A DNA stretch of 64,000 bases, taken from sequence record MW882907; one strand, given 5' to 3'. Position numbers and translations under genes: made by a program. The DNA comes from Escherichia phage vB_EcoM_SQ17. How positions within the stretch are numbered: the first letter of the stretch is position 1; the number at the start of each line of letters is the position of its first letter. Below are positions 19,857 through 28,918 of the stretch, in pieces. Below the pieces are notes generated by a model. It did not search any database. It saw only the letters and a list, made by a program, of their open reading frames with translations, and was not told the DNA's origin.

Positions 19857-21944
19857 CTATCCTTGGACAAATTTAAACGGAACTGATTCTAAATCCATTA
19901 AAGATGCTAACAATTTCAATCCTTTAGGAGCACTAGTTTTTTCTACAAATGAGGAGAACGATACCGGCCCATCTGATTCGATTTCACCCGTCATAGCAAC
20001 CACATCGCCTGTTTCCATGAGAACATCACCATCGTAAATGACAGCTTCGTCCAACTGGTCCGAGGACATAACTTCGGCTTGAATAAATTTAAGGTTGGAT
20101 TCTAAACCTGCACCAGTGTCAGATGACGCATCTGTAATTTTATTTATCTGCAAGAGAATGCCTCTAGGCAAAATAATTTCTTGCTCATTAGGGTGATTAC
20201 TCAACTGTCCAGGATAAATCACGTTAACTTTATGAGCGCCATCAATAGCCCATCCAACGTTAACACGGATTTGTTCTGGTGCATGCATAGCTGTTCTTAC
20301 TTGACTAGGAGAAATAGTAACACCTTCGTCATTATTATCAATGTTAAGCTCTTTGCGAACTTCTTCAGGAGCAAGTCCAAGGGCAACGTTCTCTTTAAAC
20401 CCACCGAAAATAATAGGAGCTAGTGAAGTGGAAACATAGTTTCTGAAGTAGAATACCTTATTTTTAACCATTGCTTCGTAAATAGGCATTCTGATAGACT
20501 GAGCTCTATATAACGTTAGTCCTTCAGGTAAACGATCTCCATTTAAAAACGCCGAATCAAGACCATCAATAGCGCGTTTAACTTCATCTTCATCTGCAAC
20601 ATCGTAAAAATCTGGTTTATAACGACCTAACAGCATATTATTGATATCGGTATACGCAGAAGAGGCATATTCACGAATAGCTCGTTTTTCAGCAACAGAG
20701 TATTGATTAGGGACCCGATTCATTGTTATATTAAAGGTGCCTCTAGCCGATTCTCGTGCATAAGTATACATCACATTAGACAAGAACGCTGATTTACGTT
20801 GTTTCCAAGTTTTTTCAGATACTTCAGCTAAAACGTCGTCAGCCAGTTGGAAATTATCACGTCTAAAATCTTCAAACCATTCGTCTTTAATAGAGTCTGC
20901 AATTTCATTTGCAGCTTCAACAAAAGCAGCTAATGCTTTAACAGATGTTGTTTTTTCAGTTTTAATTTTCTTAGCAAACTTTTCTAAAGTTGGCTTAATA
21001 ACATCACCATAAGAAACTTCATCGGCAAATCTAAAGGATTCATCAATACGATTATAAATCTTATTTTCGATATCAGCAACTAAAGTGCCTTTTGCTGTGG
21101 ACGATGCTTGGGCTAGTACGATTTCATATGCTTCAGGAAGTAATTCGGCTGTAGCTGGGCCACTAACTTCTTTAGCAGAATTTTCGTATTTCTGGAATAA
21201 CTCACCTTCTTGTCGGTCAGCTTCTAAAGATTGACTTGCTGCAATAGCACGACGAGAAATTTTAGTACGAGCAATAACAGGCTTATCTTTACGTTTTTCT
21301 TCTACAGCAGCAATAGAACCAGCGATAGCCGTTTCTTTGGTGACCGTTTCGCCAGTCTTTTTACTCACATAAACTTCGCCAACATCAGAATCTACTTTCG
21401 TGTACAACTCTGTGTTAATGTTAGGGATGCCTTTAATATCTTCAATGTTAGCATTTTTACGAACCATCATCACATAGGTGTGTTTACCTGTGAATTGATA
21501 CATTGCTGACAATACTTTAAAACGGCCACCGGTTTTAGTAGAAACTAAACGAGCAAGAAGAGTTTGAAGTTGTTGTCCACGTCCTTTCAATTTCTTGGTA
21601 GGGAATCGGAACAGAACTGCATCCATACGAAGAGCTTTAACCTGTTCATATACTGTATTGAAAATGGTGTTGATTGCATCAATAGGAGCAGGACCAAGGC
21701 CATTTTTCAATTCAGCGAGATTACCCTTTTCAGACAGACTCATAATAACAACATGAGCGTATTTGTCGCCAAGTTTAACTTGTTTTACAGCATCGCCTTC
21801 AGAAAGGTAAGAGAATAAGCGAACTACGATGTTTGTATCAACATCACCAATTTTCCAGACTTGTGGAACTTTAGCTTTAGGGTTCAAATTGACGACAGGA
21901 AGACTGCCTTCAGATTCAAACACTTCATTCAATTGTTCAGACAT
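19857..21944 (-). CDS. alt: Alt ADP-ribosyltransferase (packaged head protein)
   Basis: 695 aa; position between 54 and 30; AAGGAAA ribosome-binding site; TATAAAT-like motif upstream. Confidence 0.8.
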   Translation of the reverse strand: MSEQLNEVFESEGSLPVVNLNPKAKVPQVWKIGDVDTNIVVRLFSYLSEGDAVKQVKLGDKYAHVVIMSLSEKGNLAELKNGLGPAPIDAINTIFNTVYEQVKALRMDAVLFRFPTKKLKGRGQQLQTLLARLVSTKTGGRFKVLSAMYQFTGKHTYVMMVRKNANIEDIKGIPNINTELYTKVDSDVGEVYVSKKTGETVTKETAIAGSIAAVEEKRKDKPVIARTKISRRAIAASQSLEADRQEGELFQKYENSAKEVSGPATAELLPEAYEIVLAQASSTAKGTLVADIENKIYNRIDESFRFADEVSYGDVIKPTLEKFAKKIKTEKTTSVKALAAFVEAANEIADSIKDEWFEDFRRDNFQLADDVLAEVSEKTWKQRKSAFLSNVMYTYARESARGTFNITMNRVPNQYSVAEKRAIREYASSAYTDINNMLLGRYKPDFYDVADEDEVKRAIDGLDSAFLNGDRLPEGLTLYRAQSIRMPIYEAMVKNKVFYFRNYVSTSLAPIIFGGFKENVALGLAPEEVRKELNIDNNDEGVTISPSQVRTAMHAPEQIRVNVGWAIDGAHKVNVIYPGQLSNHPNEQEIILPRGILLQINKITDASSDTGAGLESNLKFIQAEVMSSDQLDEAVIYDGDVLMETGDVVAMTGEIESDGPVSFSSFVEKTSAPKGLKLLASLMDLESVPFKFVQG

Positions 21945-21984
21945 AGCGTTTTCCTTTTAGTAATAATTTATATTTATGCCAAAA

Positions 21985-22000
21985 AGAGCCCGAAGGCTCT
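21985..22000 (-). terminator. Hairpin agagcc-cgaa-ggctct between the ligase operon and alt
   Basis: GC stem with CGAA loop, followed on the minus strand by TTTTT. Confidence 0.6.
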
Positions 22001-22188
22001 TAATCCACAATCGGGAGTAAAGTACGATAAACTTCAAAATTAGGGCCTTTTTCGTACTTATCAAAATTGTCCATAAAAATATGATAGGAATCGTTATTAG
22101 GAAAATCTAATACAATTTGTGAACAAGAGGTGGAAACATCACTACCGTCTTTATTAGTGACAACTACTGTTTCTAAATAAGCTTTCAT
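22000..22188 (-). CDS. Hypothetical 62-aa protein between ligase and alt
   Basis: Start trimmed to the ATG overlapping the ligase stop (TAATG). Confidence 0.4.
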   Translation of the reverse strand: MKAYLETVVVTNKDGSDVSTSCSQIVLDFPNNDSYHIFMDNFDKYEKGPNFEVYRTLLPIVD

Positions 22189-23681
22189 TATAAACCTGTC
22201 TGGGACCACGATCCAAATACGTCTTCAAATGAATCCGCTTCTGTTTTATCAAAACGGAACCCTTTAATAATTGGAAGGAAAATACCTACAGTACCTTCAC
22301 GGCCTTTAGAATGAACCCAACCATTACATTCACAATCAGCGATACGTCCAATTAATTTACCTTCACGAGCTTCGGTCATTAATCGTTCACGGTCTAAATC
22401 ATGACGCTCGTCTAAAGGAATAAGAACCTTTACACCGTCAACTGTTTTATGAGTTGTATCTTTAAACCCTGAACCACAATCGGTTGTAATACGACGACAA
22501 CGTGATACGAGTTCGACACCACCTAATTTGTTAGGGTCTTTAGAGTGTTCATAGTATCCTACAACTTCTAAAGCGATATCAATAACTTCTTTAAATTTAA
22601 TTAGGTTCTTAGAGCGTTTGTTTTCCCAATATGAATCACGGTTTTTAAGGATAATACCTTCAAGACCTTGGTCAACATATTTTTTATAAACCACTTTAGC
22701 TTCGTCAAGATTACGAACTAACTGATTTTCAATTGGCTCAATTCGCTTAAAGCCTTCAGCCATATTTTCAAGAGCAGCAAAACGAACATCGTATTTCTGA
22801 CCTTTAATTTTGCCATCAGAATAGACTTCATCTAAAGGAACATAGTCCCAGGCTTGAAGAATCATACCTTCCGCTTCTTTAGGAGAAATAGTCCCCTGAA
22901 GAGATTTATTTGCTAAACCATTTGAAGTGCTACGGTCTGCAACTTGTACTTCTTCGGATTCTTCATTGTCACCAAATAAGAACGACAGGTCGTTTCCTGA
23001 GCTCACAGCCTTTTTAATATCGAATGAATGATAAACTAATTCACCATCGATTAAAACCCCATTAGGGTGTCTTTCACGAGCTTCTTTAGTCATTTCCATT
23101 AGTTCATCAGCTAATAGAGTAAGTCCATGGTATTCGTTACCGGCACGAGAAAAGAATTGAACACCATCATCGCGAACTTCGGCGAAACAACGAGCACCAT
23201 CTGCTTTTAATTGGGCAAATGCAGGCCATTTAATATTTTTAGTAATCAATTTCTCATCATATGCAGATGCTAACATCTGTGGTTGCAATTGAATAAGTCC
23301 AGGCCACACCTTATTAGCAATAGACACTGAAGCACCTACTTCAAGGTCGCGCATCATTACACGACGAAGGACTTCTACATCATCGGGTTTACCATCAGCG
23401 ATATAACCCATGAGCTCTTTAATTGCAGCGTTACCAGTGAGTTTACGAGTGGCTAATGTGAACTCAATAAAATCCAACATGTCATCTAATTCAAGAAGTC
23501 CATACGCTTGAGACCTTTCACCCGGCCCTGGCCATTTCTTAATATAATACTGGATACCACGTGCATATGTTAAACGATACACACGTTCAAGTAATTTGTT
23601 GTCCTTATTTTTCTTAAGGATTTCTTGTTTTGTTTTAGTAGAACCGATCGCAGCTATTTGGTTTAAAATATCTAAAATCAT
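22188..23681 (-). CDS. 30: ATP-dependent DNA ligase gp30
   Basis: 497 aa; adenylation motif KADGAR; N-terminus MILDILNQIAAIGSTKTKQ resembles T4 ligase. Confidence 0.95.
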   Translation of the reverse strand: MILDILNQIAAIGSTKTKQEILKKNKDNKLLERVYRLTYARGIQYYIKKWPGPGERSQAYGLLELDDMLDFIEFTLATRKLTGNAAIKELMGYIADGKPDDVEVLRRVMMRDLEVGASVSIANKVWPGLIQLQPQMLASAYDEKLITKNIKWPAFAQLKADGARCFAEVRDDGVQFFSRAGNEYHGLTLLADELMEMTKEARERHPNGVLIDGELVYHSFDIKKAVSSGNDLSFLFGDNEESEEVQVADRSTSNGLANKSLQGTISPKEAEGMILQAWDYVPLDEVYSDGKIKGQKYDVRFAALENMAEGFKRIEPIENQLVRNLDEAKVVYKKYVDQGLEGIILKNRDSYWENKRSKNLIKFKEVIDIALEVVGYYEHSKDPNKLGGVELVSRCRRITTDCGSGFKDTTHKTVDGVKVLIPLDERHDLDRERLMTEAREGKLIGRIADCECNGWVHSKGREGTVGIFLPIIKGFRFDKTEADSFEDVFGSWSQTGL

Positions 23682-23947
23682 TTGATGTCCTCGATTTTGG
23701 TTACGGTTCTATTATAAGCCACTTCATCTAGAAGCGATTTCAGCGTTTTCTGATAAGTGGTAATCCATTTACCGAGACCTTCAACATAATATTCTGAAAT
23801 GTAGATGAACCCTTGTTCAACACACTCTTTAAATATTTCTGCGTCTTTTACTAAACGAAACATTGGCCAGTCTCGAAAGAACATGTTAACGTGACCGTAG
23901 TCACGCGTTGTGTTTTTGCCATCTGTAATATCATGAACTACAAACAT
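23678..23947 (-). CDS. Hypothetical protein (T4 30.1-like position)
   Basis: 89-aa ORF; ATGA overlap with the ligase start. Confidence 0.5.
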   Translation of the reverse strand: MFVVHDITDGKNTTRDYGHVNMFFRDWPMFRLVKDAEIFKECVEQGFIYISEYYVEGLGKWITTYQKTLKSLLDEVAYNRTVTKIEDIK

Positions 23948-23956
23948 AATTAACCC

Positions 23957-24772
23957 TTAACAATTTGTAGACCAAGTCCATTTGGACGAATCTAAAGGAA
24001 AGTTTTGAATCGTCCACCACGGCTGCATATCGGTTGGTCCTGGGGTTCGCCAGGTATATGGATTCGACGGACCGCCAATTTGATTAGGCCCTGCGCCTGG
24101 ACTTGTTGTACCAGATTCTTTAAGCAAATCCGCCAATCGTTTTAAAAGGTCTTCACGATCTGAATCTGAATTATGCTCGGGTGGAACCAAACGAGATTCA
24201 ATATCATCCCACGTGTGTACACGTTGTGCAGTACGAGGAATGGCATCACGTTCACCACGAGCCAACCAATAAATTGGTACATTAAGAATTTCTGCCGCAT
24301 GGTCACAGTGATGAGCTAAATCGTCAACGTAACAAATCACGTTATATTTTGTTTTAGCTAGTTCGAATAATTGTTCCTTTGAAGAATCATGACCACACAT
24401 CATTACTTCAGAGAAAGCGCCTGGGAACAAAGCATTCAAATTAAATTGTCTATTCAATCGAGCATCAATTGAATCACCTAGCGCCGTCACGGCTACAAAA
24501 TTATAGTCTTCTTTTAGTTTATTGATAACTCGAAGAGCATCAGAATAAGGCGCTAAGTAACGAATAAAATCAGAGCGATTATATTTTTCTATTAATTGTT
24601 TACCGAGGTTATCGTCGGTATTGAATAGTTTACCAGGAGAAATAAATTTTTCGTCCTGAATCATTTTTAAAATATGTTCTAATGGAAGATTATATTTTTG
24701 GGCAAAATAAGGAAGTCCAGATTGCCAGCTTAAACATACACCATCAATATCAGTCAAAATAGTAGGTTTCAT
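23957..24772 (-). CDS. HAD-superfamily hydrolase-like protein (T4 30.2-like position)
   Basis: 271 aa; N-terminal ILTDIDGV (HAD motif I DxDG) and later YVDDLAHH. Confidence 0.55.
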   Translation of the reverse strand: MKPTILTDIDGVCLSWQSGLPYFAQKYNLPLEHILKMIQDEKFISPGKLFNTDDNLGKQLIEKYNRSDFIRYLAPYSDALRVINKLKEDYNFVAVTALGDSIDARLNRQFNLNALFPGAFSEVMMCGHDSSKEQLFELAKTKYNVICYVDDLAHHCDHAAEILNVPIYWLARGERDAIPRTAQRVHTWDDIESRLVPPEHNSDSDREDLLKRLADLLKESGTTSPGAGPNQIGGPSNPYTWRTPGPTDMQPWWTIQNFPLDSSKWTWSTNC

Positions 24773-25236
24773 AAAGAGTCTCTTAATAGGTTTAACACAT
24801 CAATAAATTCAGCTTCGGTTAGTATTGTATCATCTTTTGTTAGACCGCTAGCCATGCTGTGCTTCAAAATTTTTCCTTTAGAGGCTTGTAAGGCATCACG
24901 AAACCCCTTGTTTTGGATCGCGGCTTCAAAATATGCATTTGTGTATAATTCTTTCCACGCTTCAGAGTATCTTGAAAATGGAACTCCTAACCAGAAGAGA
25001 GTCCCACGGTCCTGAGCTCTTGCATAAGACCTTCCGGCTTGCTGTGCAGCCAATCCAGACAACCTAAATATACGTTTTTGTTGTTCAACATTTTTCACCT
25101 TACATCCTTGGAGAAATCCTTCAAGTCCTCCGAATTGAATACCATCCATAACAAAAGGCCATTGAGCAAAGTTACTTAATGCACATGACGGCCATGGAAA
25201 ATTGCTTCTTATTTCTAATTCAGACATCTTTAACAC
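24769..25236 (-). CDS. YbiA/NADAR (DUF1768)-like protein (T4 30.3-like position)
   Basis: 155 aa; SNFAQWPFVMDGIQF...EGFLQGCK resembles the YbiA/NADAR signature SNF..WP..DG...E..fQ..K. Confidence 0.45.
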   Translation of the reverse strand: MLKMSELEIRSNFPWPSCALSNFAQWPFVMDGIQFGGLEGFLQGCKVKNVEQQKRIFRLSGLAAQQAGRSYARAQDRGTLFWLGVPFSRYSEAWKELYTNAYFEAAIQNKGFRDALQASKGKILKHSMASGLTKDDTILTEAEFIDVLNLLRDSL

Positions 25237-25438
25237 TTATAATTTCAATATCAGCCCAATGGCCGTATCCAGGTATACGGTCTTCGATAGATAAATTTCC
25301 GCCATTTTTAGGTATTTTAATTGACGTAACGTATGGTTCTAAACGGTTTTCTGAATAATATGGAAAAACGTCTGTTACACGATAAGTAACTTCGATCATT
25401 TCCGTACCAAACAATTTCCGGATTAATTTATTCAACAT
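25220..25438 (-). CDS. Hypothetical small protein
   Basis: 72-aa ORF in the compact 30.x-like array. Confidence 0.4.
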   Translation of the reverse strand: MLNKLIRKLFGTEMIEVTYRVTDVFPYYSENRLEPYVTSIKIPKNGGNLSIEDRIPGYGHWADIEIISVKDV

Positions 25439-25625
25439 GTTTCAACCCTTTAATAGGAGATAACTCTTTACCCATACGTATGTCAGAAGTCCCATCAACC
25501 CATTGAACAGCATACGCTTCATTGATAATTCCAGCAGTGGTTTTAAATTCACGGAGAACTTTAAAAATCATCCCAGGAATTCCAACACCTTTTAATTGAA
25601 CTGTTTGTGCTATTAAAAATTTCAT
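25428..25625 (-). CDS. Hypothetical small protein
   Basis: 65-aa ORF in the compact 30.x-like array. Confidence 0.4.
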   Translation of the reverse strand: MKFLIAQTVQLKGVGIPGMIFKVLREFKTTAGIINEAYAVQWVDGTSDIRMGKELSPIKGLKHVE

Positions 25626-25679
25626 ATTTTTCCACTTACTAAAGAAATCATTATACTCTAATCCGTCCTTGGATATAAA

Positions 25680-25964
25680 CTACTTAACGAAATTAATTTC
25701 TACCGGATGAACAACAGGTTGAGCAGTGATATATTGAGTAATTGCTTTCAAGACTAGAGCTTCAGACCCAGGATTTTTCTCAACGAATTCACGTGCTTGG
25801 TTATGAGCTTCAAGTTCACTTAGTAAACCACTTCGTTGGCATCCACGGTCTTGAGTACCCTGTTCAGATAAAAAGACGACGATGTATTTTTCTTCATCGT
25901 CATACGGTTTAGACGGTTGAGCAAATGTTCCTTTACTTCCAAAAGGAGAGTTATGACGCCGCAC
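25680..25964 (-). CDS. Hypothetical ORF with no ATG start, overlapping the previous ORF by about 145 nt
   Basis: 94-aa protein-like ORF; ORF-track start is GTG with no ribosome-binding site; possible frameshifted continuation. Confidence 0.3.
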   Translation of the reverse strand: MRRHNSPFGSKGTFAQPSKPYDDEEKYIVVFLSEQGTQDRGCQRSGLLSELEAHNQAREFVEKNPGSEALVLKAITQYITAQPVVHPVEINFVK

Positions 25965-26296
25965 ACGCCGTGAGGAGTTTCAACCTTCGTATATTCGTGT
26001 GGACCATTTTTCTTAGTTTCTTGATGTGGAACTTCGTAGACCTTAGGGTTAGGACATTCAATAAAATGCTCATCTAAATCGGTCGAGAATATTAAAGTAA
26101 AACAATTACTAAATTTACCAACACCTGCCTGATAAATTTTACCTTCAGAAGTTCTAATTTCACAAACCGAGCCGGCATCAGTAACTTCTAAAACTTCAAA
26201 AGGCTCGATAAGGTCATATGAGAACATGTTTTTAAGGCGTGGAGTAATATCCCCATTTTTAAAATTCATTTTATAAAAAGTATTAACTTTAAACAT
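25820..26296 (-). CDS. Hypothetical protein; 3' part overlaps the next ORF in another frame
   Basis: 158-aa ORF; good upstream context (hairpin, then GAGGAAATT ATG). Confidence 0.45.
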   Translation of the reverse strand: MFKVNTFYKMNFKNGDITPRLKNMFSYDLIEPFEVLEVTDAGSVCEIRTSEGKIYQAGVGKFSNCFTLIFSTDLDEHFIECPNPKVYEVPHQETKKNGPHEYTKVETPHGVCGVITLLLEVKEHLLNRLNRMTMKKNTSSSFYLNRVLKTVDANEVVY

Positions 26297-26331
26297 AATT
26301 TCCTCAGTGGGAGCCGAAGCTCCCAGTTAAA

Positions 26332-26697
26332 TTAGATATCGAATTCGTTAAGAACTACATCAAAGATTGCTTCCAGGTGTTCAGGTTTAGCTCGGTTGCT
26401 CAGGATATGACGAATCCAAGTTTTAACCAGAAGTTTACGATTAACACCATTCCAGAAAGGATGAGTACCTAAATCACGTTGACGGAAATCATCATCTAAT
26501 GCAATTTTGAAGTTGGAACCTTCCATCGTGATTGAAACCGTGATGCCATTTTCAAATCGCATATAAACGTAATTAGGAGTCATATACTGCTCAATTTCGC
26601 ATACTGAGCCGTTATTATGCTTCCATAAGCAAATTGTATCGATAGAACCAGCAATACCGTTAGAAACATATTTACGTTCGAAGTTGATGTAGTTCAT
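26332..26697 (-). CDS. Hypothetical protein (T4 30.8-like position)
   Basis: 121-aa ORF preceded by an early-promoter motif. Confidence 0.5.
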   Translation of the reverse strand: MNYINFERKYVSNGIAGSIDTICLWKHNNGSVCEIEQYMTPNYVYMRFENGITVSITMEGSNFKIALDDDFRQRDLGTHPFWNGVNRKLLVKTWIRHILSNRAKPEHLEAIFDVVLNEFDI

Positions 26698-26804
26698 TTT
26701 ATTCTCCAGATGTTTAAGTTGTTTGTTGGTACAAGTCTATAGTAACACATCCTACAGGAGAGTAAACATCTTTTTTAAACTTTTTCTGCCCTAAACGCAC
26801 AAAA

Positions 26805-26822
26805 GGGAGACCGAAGTCTCCC
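26805..26822 (-). terminator. Hairpin terminator gggagac-cgaa-gtctccc
   Basis: Perfect 7-bp stem with tetraloop; T-rich tract follows on the minus strand. Confidence 0.65.
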
Positions 26823-26827
26823 TAAAA

Positions 26828-27007
26828 TTATGCAACAACCTTTCCAAAACGAGAAGCATCATCTCGAAGAACTGCACGTGCTCTGCGCATGATCTTCTCA
26901 ACTGTTTGATTAATACGAGAGTTCGACCCACGCTTGTATCCAGCGCGTTTAGAGGTACCATCAACTTTCTTTTCTACTGCTTTCTTTGCTTTAGCTTGTT
27001 TTGCCAT
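26828..27007 (-). CDS. Small basic protein, 59 aa (T4 30.9-like position)
   Basis: Hand-translated MAKQAKAKKAVEKKVDGTSKRAGYKRGSNSRINQTVEKIMRRARAVLRDDASRFGKVVA; reading checked against the overlapping plus-strand ORF. Confidence 0.4.
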   Translation of the reverse strand: MAKQAKAKKAVEKKVDGTSKRAGYKRGSNSRINQTVEKIMRRARAVLRDDASRFGKVVA

Positions 27008-27275
27008 TATAAATTCTCTTTAAATGAAAATGCAGGACTTATTGACATTGCCTGCTCAAGCCCTCAAGGGGAACATAGGTTTTGGATATTTAACGACAGG
27101 ATAACCATAAACCCGTCATCATACCGACCACGACTTAGACAGATAACCTTTTTCTGACGCGTGATAGTACAAAATACATTCAAGAGGTACACCGTAAAAT
27201 TGTCGGGGCGGTACTTCTAAAACATATCGATTCGCAAATCGATAATCAGACAATTCGACGGCTCCTCGATTTAAC

Positions 27276-27524
27276 TTACTTCAGGGTAATAACAAAATGA
27301 CGAACTGCTTTACGTGCTGCAGAAGCCAGAGGCTTAGCATATTTCAATTCATCTTTCTGGACCAGGATATCGCGAAGATCGGCTTGTGCTGGATTCAGAT
27401 GTTTGAAATACTGTAAGATTTCAAGAGCTTCGGCTTCAACATCAATAGATGCGCCGTAATTGTCATGGCCATTATTCCATGCATGGCGTTGCAGTTCAAG
27501 AGCGTGTTGTAATTGTTTAATCAT
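27276..27524 (-). CDS. rIII: rIII lysis-inhibition accessory protein
   Basis: 82 aa, same length as T4 rIII and immediately downstream of gene 31. Confidence 0.65.
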   Translation of the reverse strand: MIKQLQHALELQRHAWNNGHDNYGASIDVEAEALEILQYFKHLNPAQADLRDILVQKDELKYAKPLASAARKAVRHFVITLK

Positions 27525-27648
27525 TTTAAATTCTCAATTCGAGATAATATTTAGTAGCCACGTTCTTCTGAATTTCACTTTCTTTCGACAAGTCTCTCAG
27601 TTGTAGGCTACCGCTTAGAAGAGTGTTCTCTTCATATAGTTATTTATA

Positions 27649-27981
27649 TCACTTATAAAGACATGGAATAGCTTTATAGTGGCATGTTACGAATTTCTGT
27701 TTAATTTCTTTAGGTTGTTTAAGACCTAAAGCCACAAATGGATGTGGAACATTTCGAATTTGTCCAACTGGTAGTGGAGTCAAATCACCGACTTCAACAA
27801 AACCTTCAGGAACATCAGGACCTACAGAATGAACTACACATAGTTCAGGAACTTCACCTTGAACACGTTTACCAATCACAAGTCCTGATTCTGTAACTTC
27901 TTCATCACCTGCTTGAGCGGGTTCAGAAACCAGAATGACATATTCACCAACAGCACGAATTGGGAGTTGTACTTCAGACAT
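27649..27981 (-). CDS. 31: Co-chaperonin gp31 (GroES analogue)
   Basis: 110 aa; [28 protein letters not shown]... matches my recollection of T4 gp31. Confidence 0.9.
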   Translation of the reverse strand: MSEVQLPIRAVGEYVILVSEPAQAGDEEVTESGLVIGKRVQGEVPELCVVHSVGPDVPEGFVEVGDLTPLPVGQIRNVPHPFVALGLKQPKEIKQKFVTCHYKAIPCLYK

Positions 27982-28038
27982 CTTATTTCCTTGTTGTTTG
28001 ACGATAGATTAATAATATCATACTATTCGTAAAGCATA

Positions 28039-28347
28039 TTACATAAGAAGCAAACTTTCCACCGGAGTACCATCAACCGAAATTACTTTATCAAGGCGGA
28101 AAGAACGCCACTGACCTAACTTGGTGTCGAATGCTCGAACTGATTCACGAGGTTCATAACGAACTTCTGTTGCTGGATTGTTATTTTCATATTTGACTTC
28201 AAGTTCATCGCGCGAAGCAAACATAGTGCGTACCTCGCCGTTAGCCTTTTCAAATACAACACAATGAACGCCTACAGACAGAATAGTTTTAATACGTTCA
28301 CGAAGAACCATAGTTTCTTGTTCAGTTAAAATCATATTATTCACCAC
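28039..28347 (-). CDS. Hypothetical protein (T4 31.1-like position)
   Basis: 102-aa ORF between gene 31 and cd. Confidence 0.5.
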   Translation of the reverse strand: MVNNMILTEQETMVLRERIKTILSVGVHCVVFEKANGEVRTMFASRDELEVKYENNNPATEVRYEPRESVRAFDTKLGQWRSFRLDKVISVDGTPVESLLLM

Positions 28348-28918
28348 AAAAGTTTCGGATTTGTTCCCAATTCAGAGAACGAAGATTATTACGAGAGTAC
28401 TGAATTACTTCAATACCGGCTTGTTTTAGAATGTCTGCCCAATTTTCAGGAGATCGATCGTATAATTCTGCGTATACAACCTTTTTAATACCTGACTGAG
28501 TAATAGCTTTAGTGCAATCAGGACATGGAGAAAGCGTCGTATATAACGTAGCACCTTCAATAGAATTACCTTTACGAGCTGCAAACAAAATTGCATTCAA
28601 TTCTGCATGGATTTCATTATTAGCAGACCATGCACTATGAGCGGCCCGATGTTCTTTAGCCAAAACAAAATTATCTGCCCGTCCAAATGCTGTAGTGCCT
28701 TCTTTATGTCCAGCAACGATGACCGGGCTTGGTTTATTCTTCAACCAACCATTTTCGGATGCATGTTCACAACAGTTAACGCCACCTGCTGGTGAGCCAT
28801 TATATCCAGTAGAGATAATGCGTCCATCTTTTTCAATGACGGCACCAACTTTCCATGAACAACATTTTGATTCTTGAGAAATCAGATATGCAATCTGAAG
28901 GTATGTGCTAGCTTTCAT
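28337..28918 (-). CDS. cd: dCMP deaminase
   Basis: 193 aa; zinc-binding HAELNAI and PCxxC motifs. Confidence 0.9.
   Translation of the reverse strand: MKASTYLQIAYLISQESKCCSWKVGAVIEKDGRIISTGYNGSPAGGVNCCEHASENGWLKNKPSPVIVAGHKEGTTAFGRADNFVLAKEHRAAHSAWSANNEIHAELNAILFAARKGNSIEGATLYTTLSPCPDCTKAITQSGIKKVVYAELYDRSPENWADILKQAGIEVIQYSRNNLRSLNWEQIRNFCGE

Noticed and set aside
27010-27275. Looked for tRNA or other structured RNA genes here and in other longer intergenic gaps.
   Set aside because: No cloverleaf-compatible sequence with conserved T-loop or anticodon-arm features was recognisable by eye; the region is kept only as a candidate regulatory or non-coding RNA tract.
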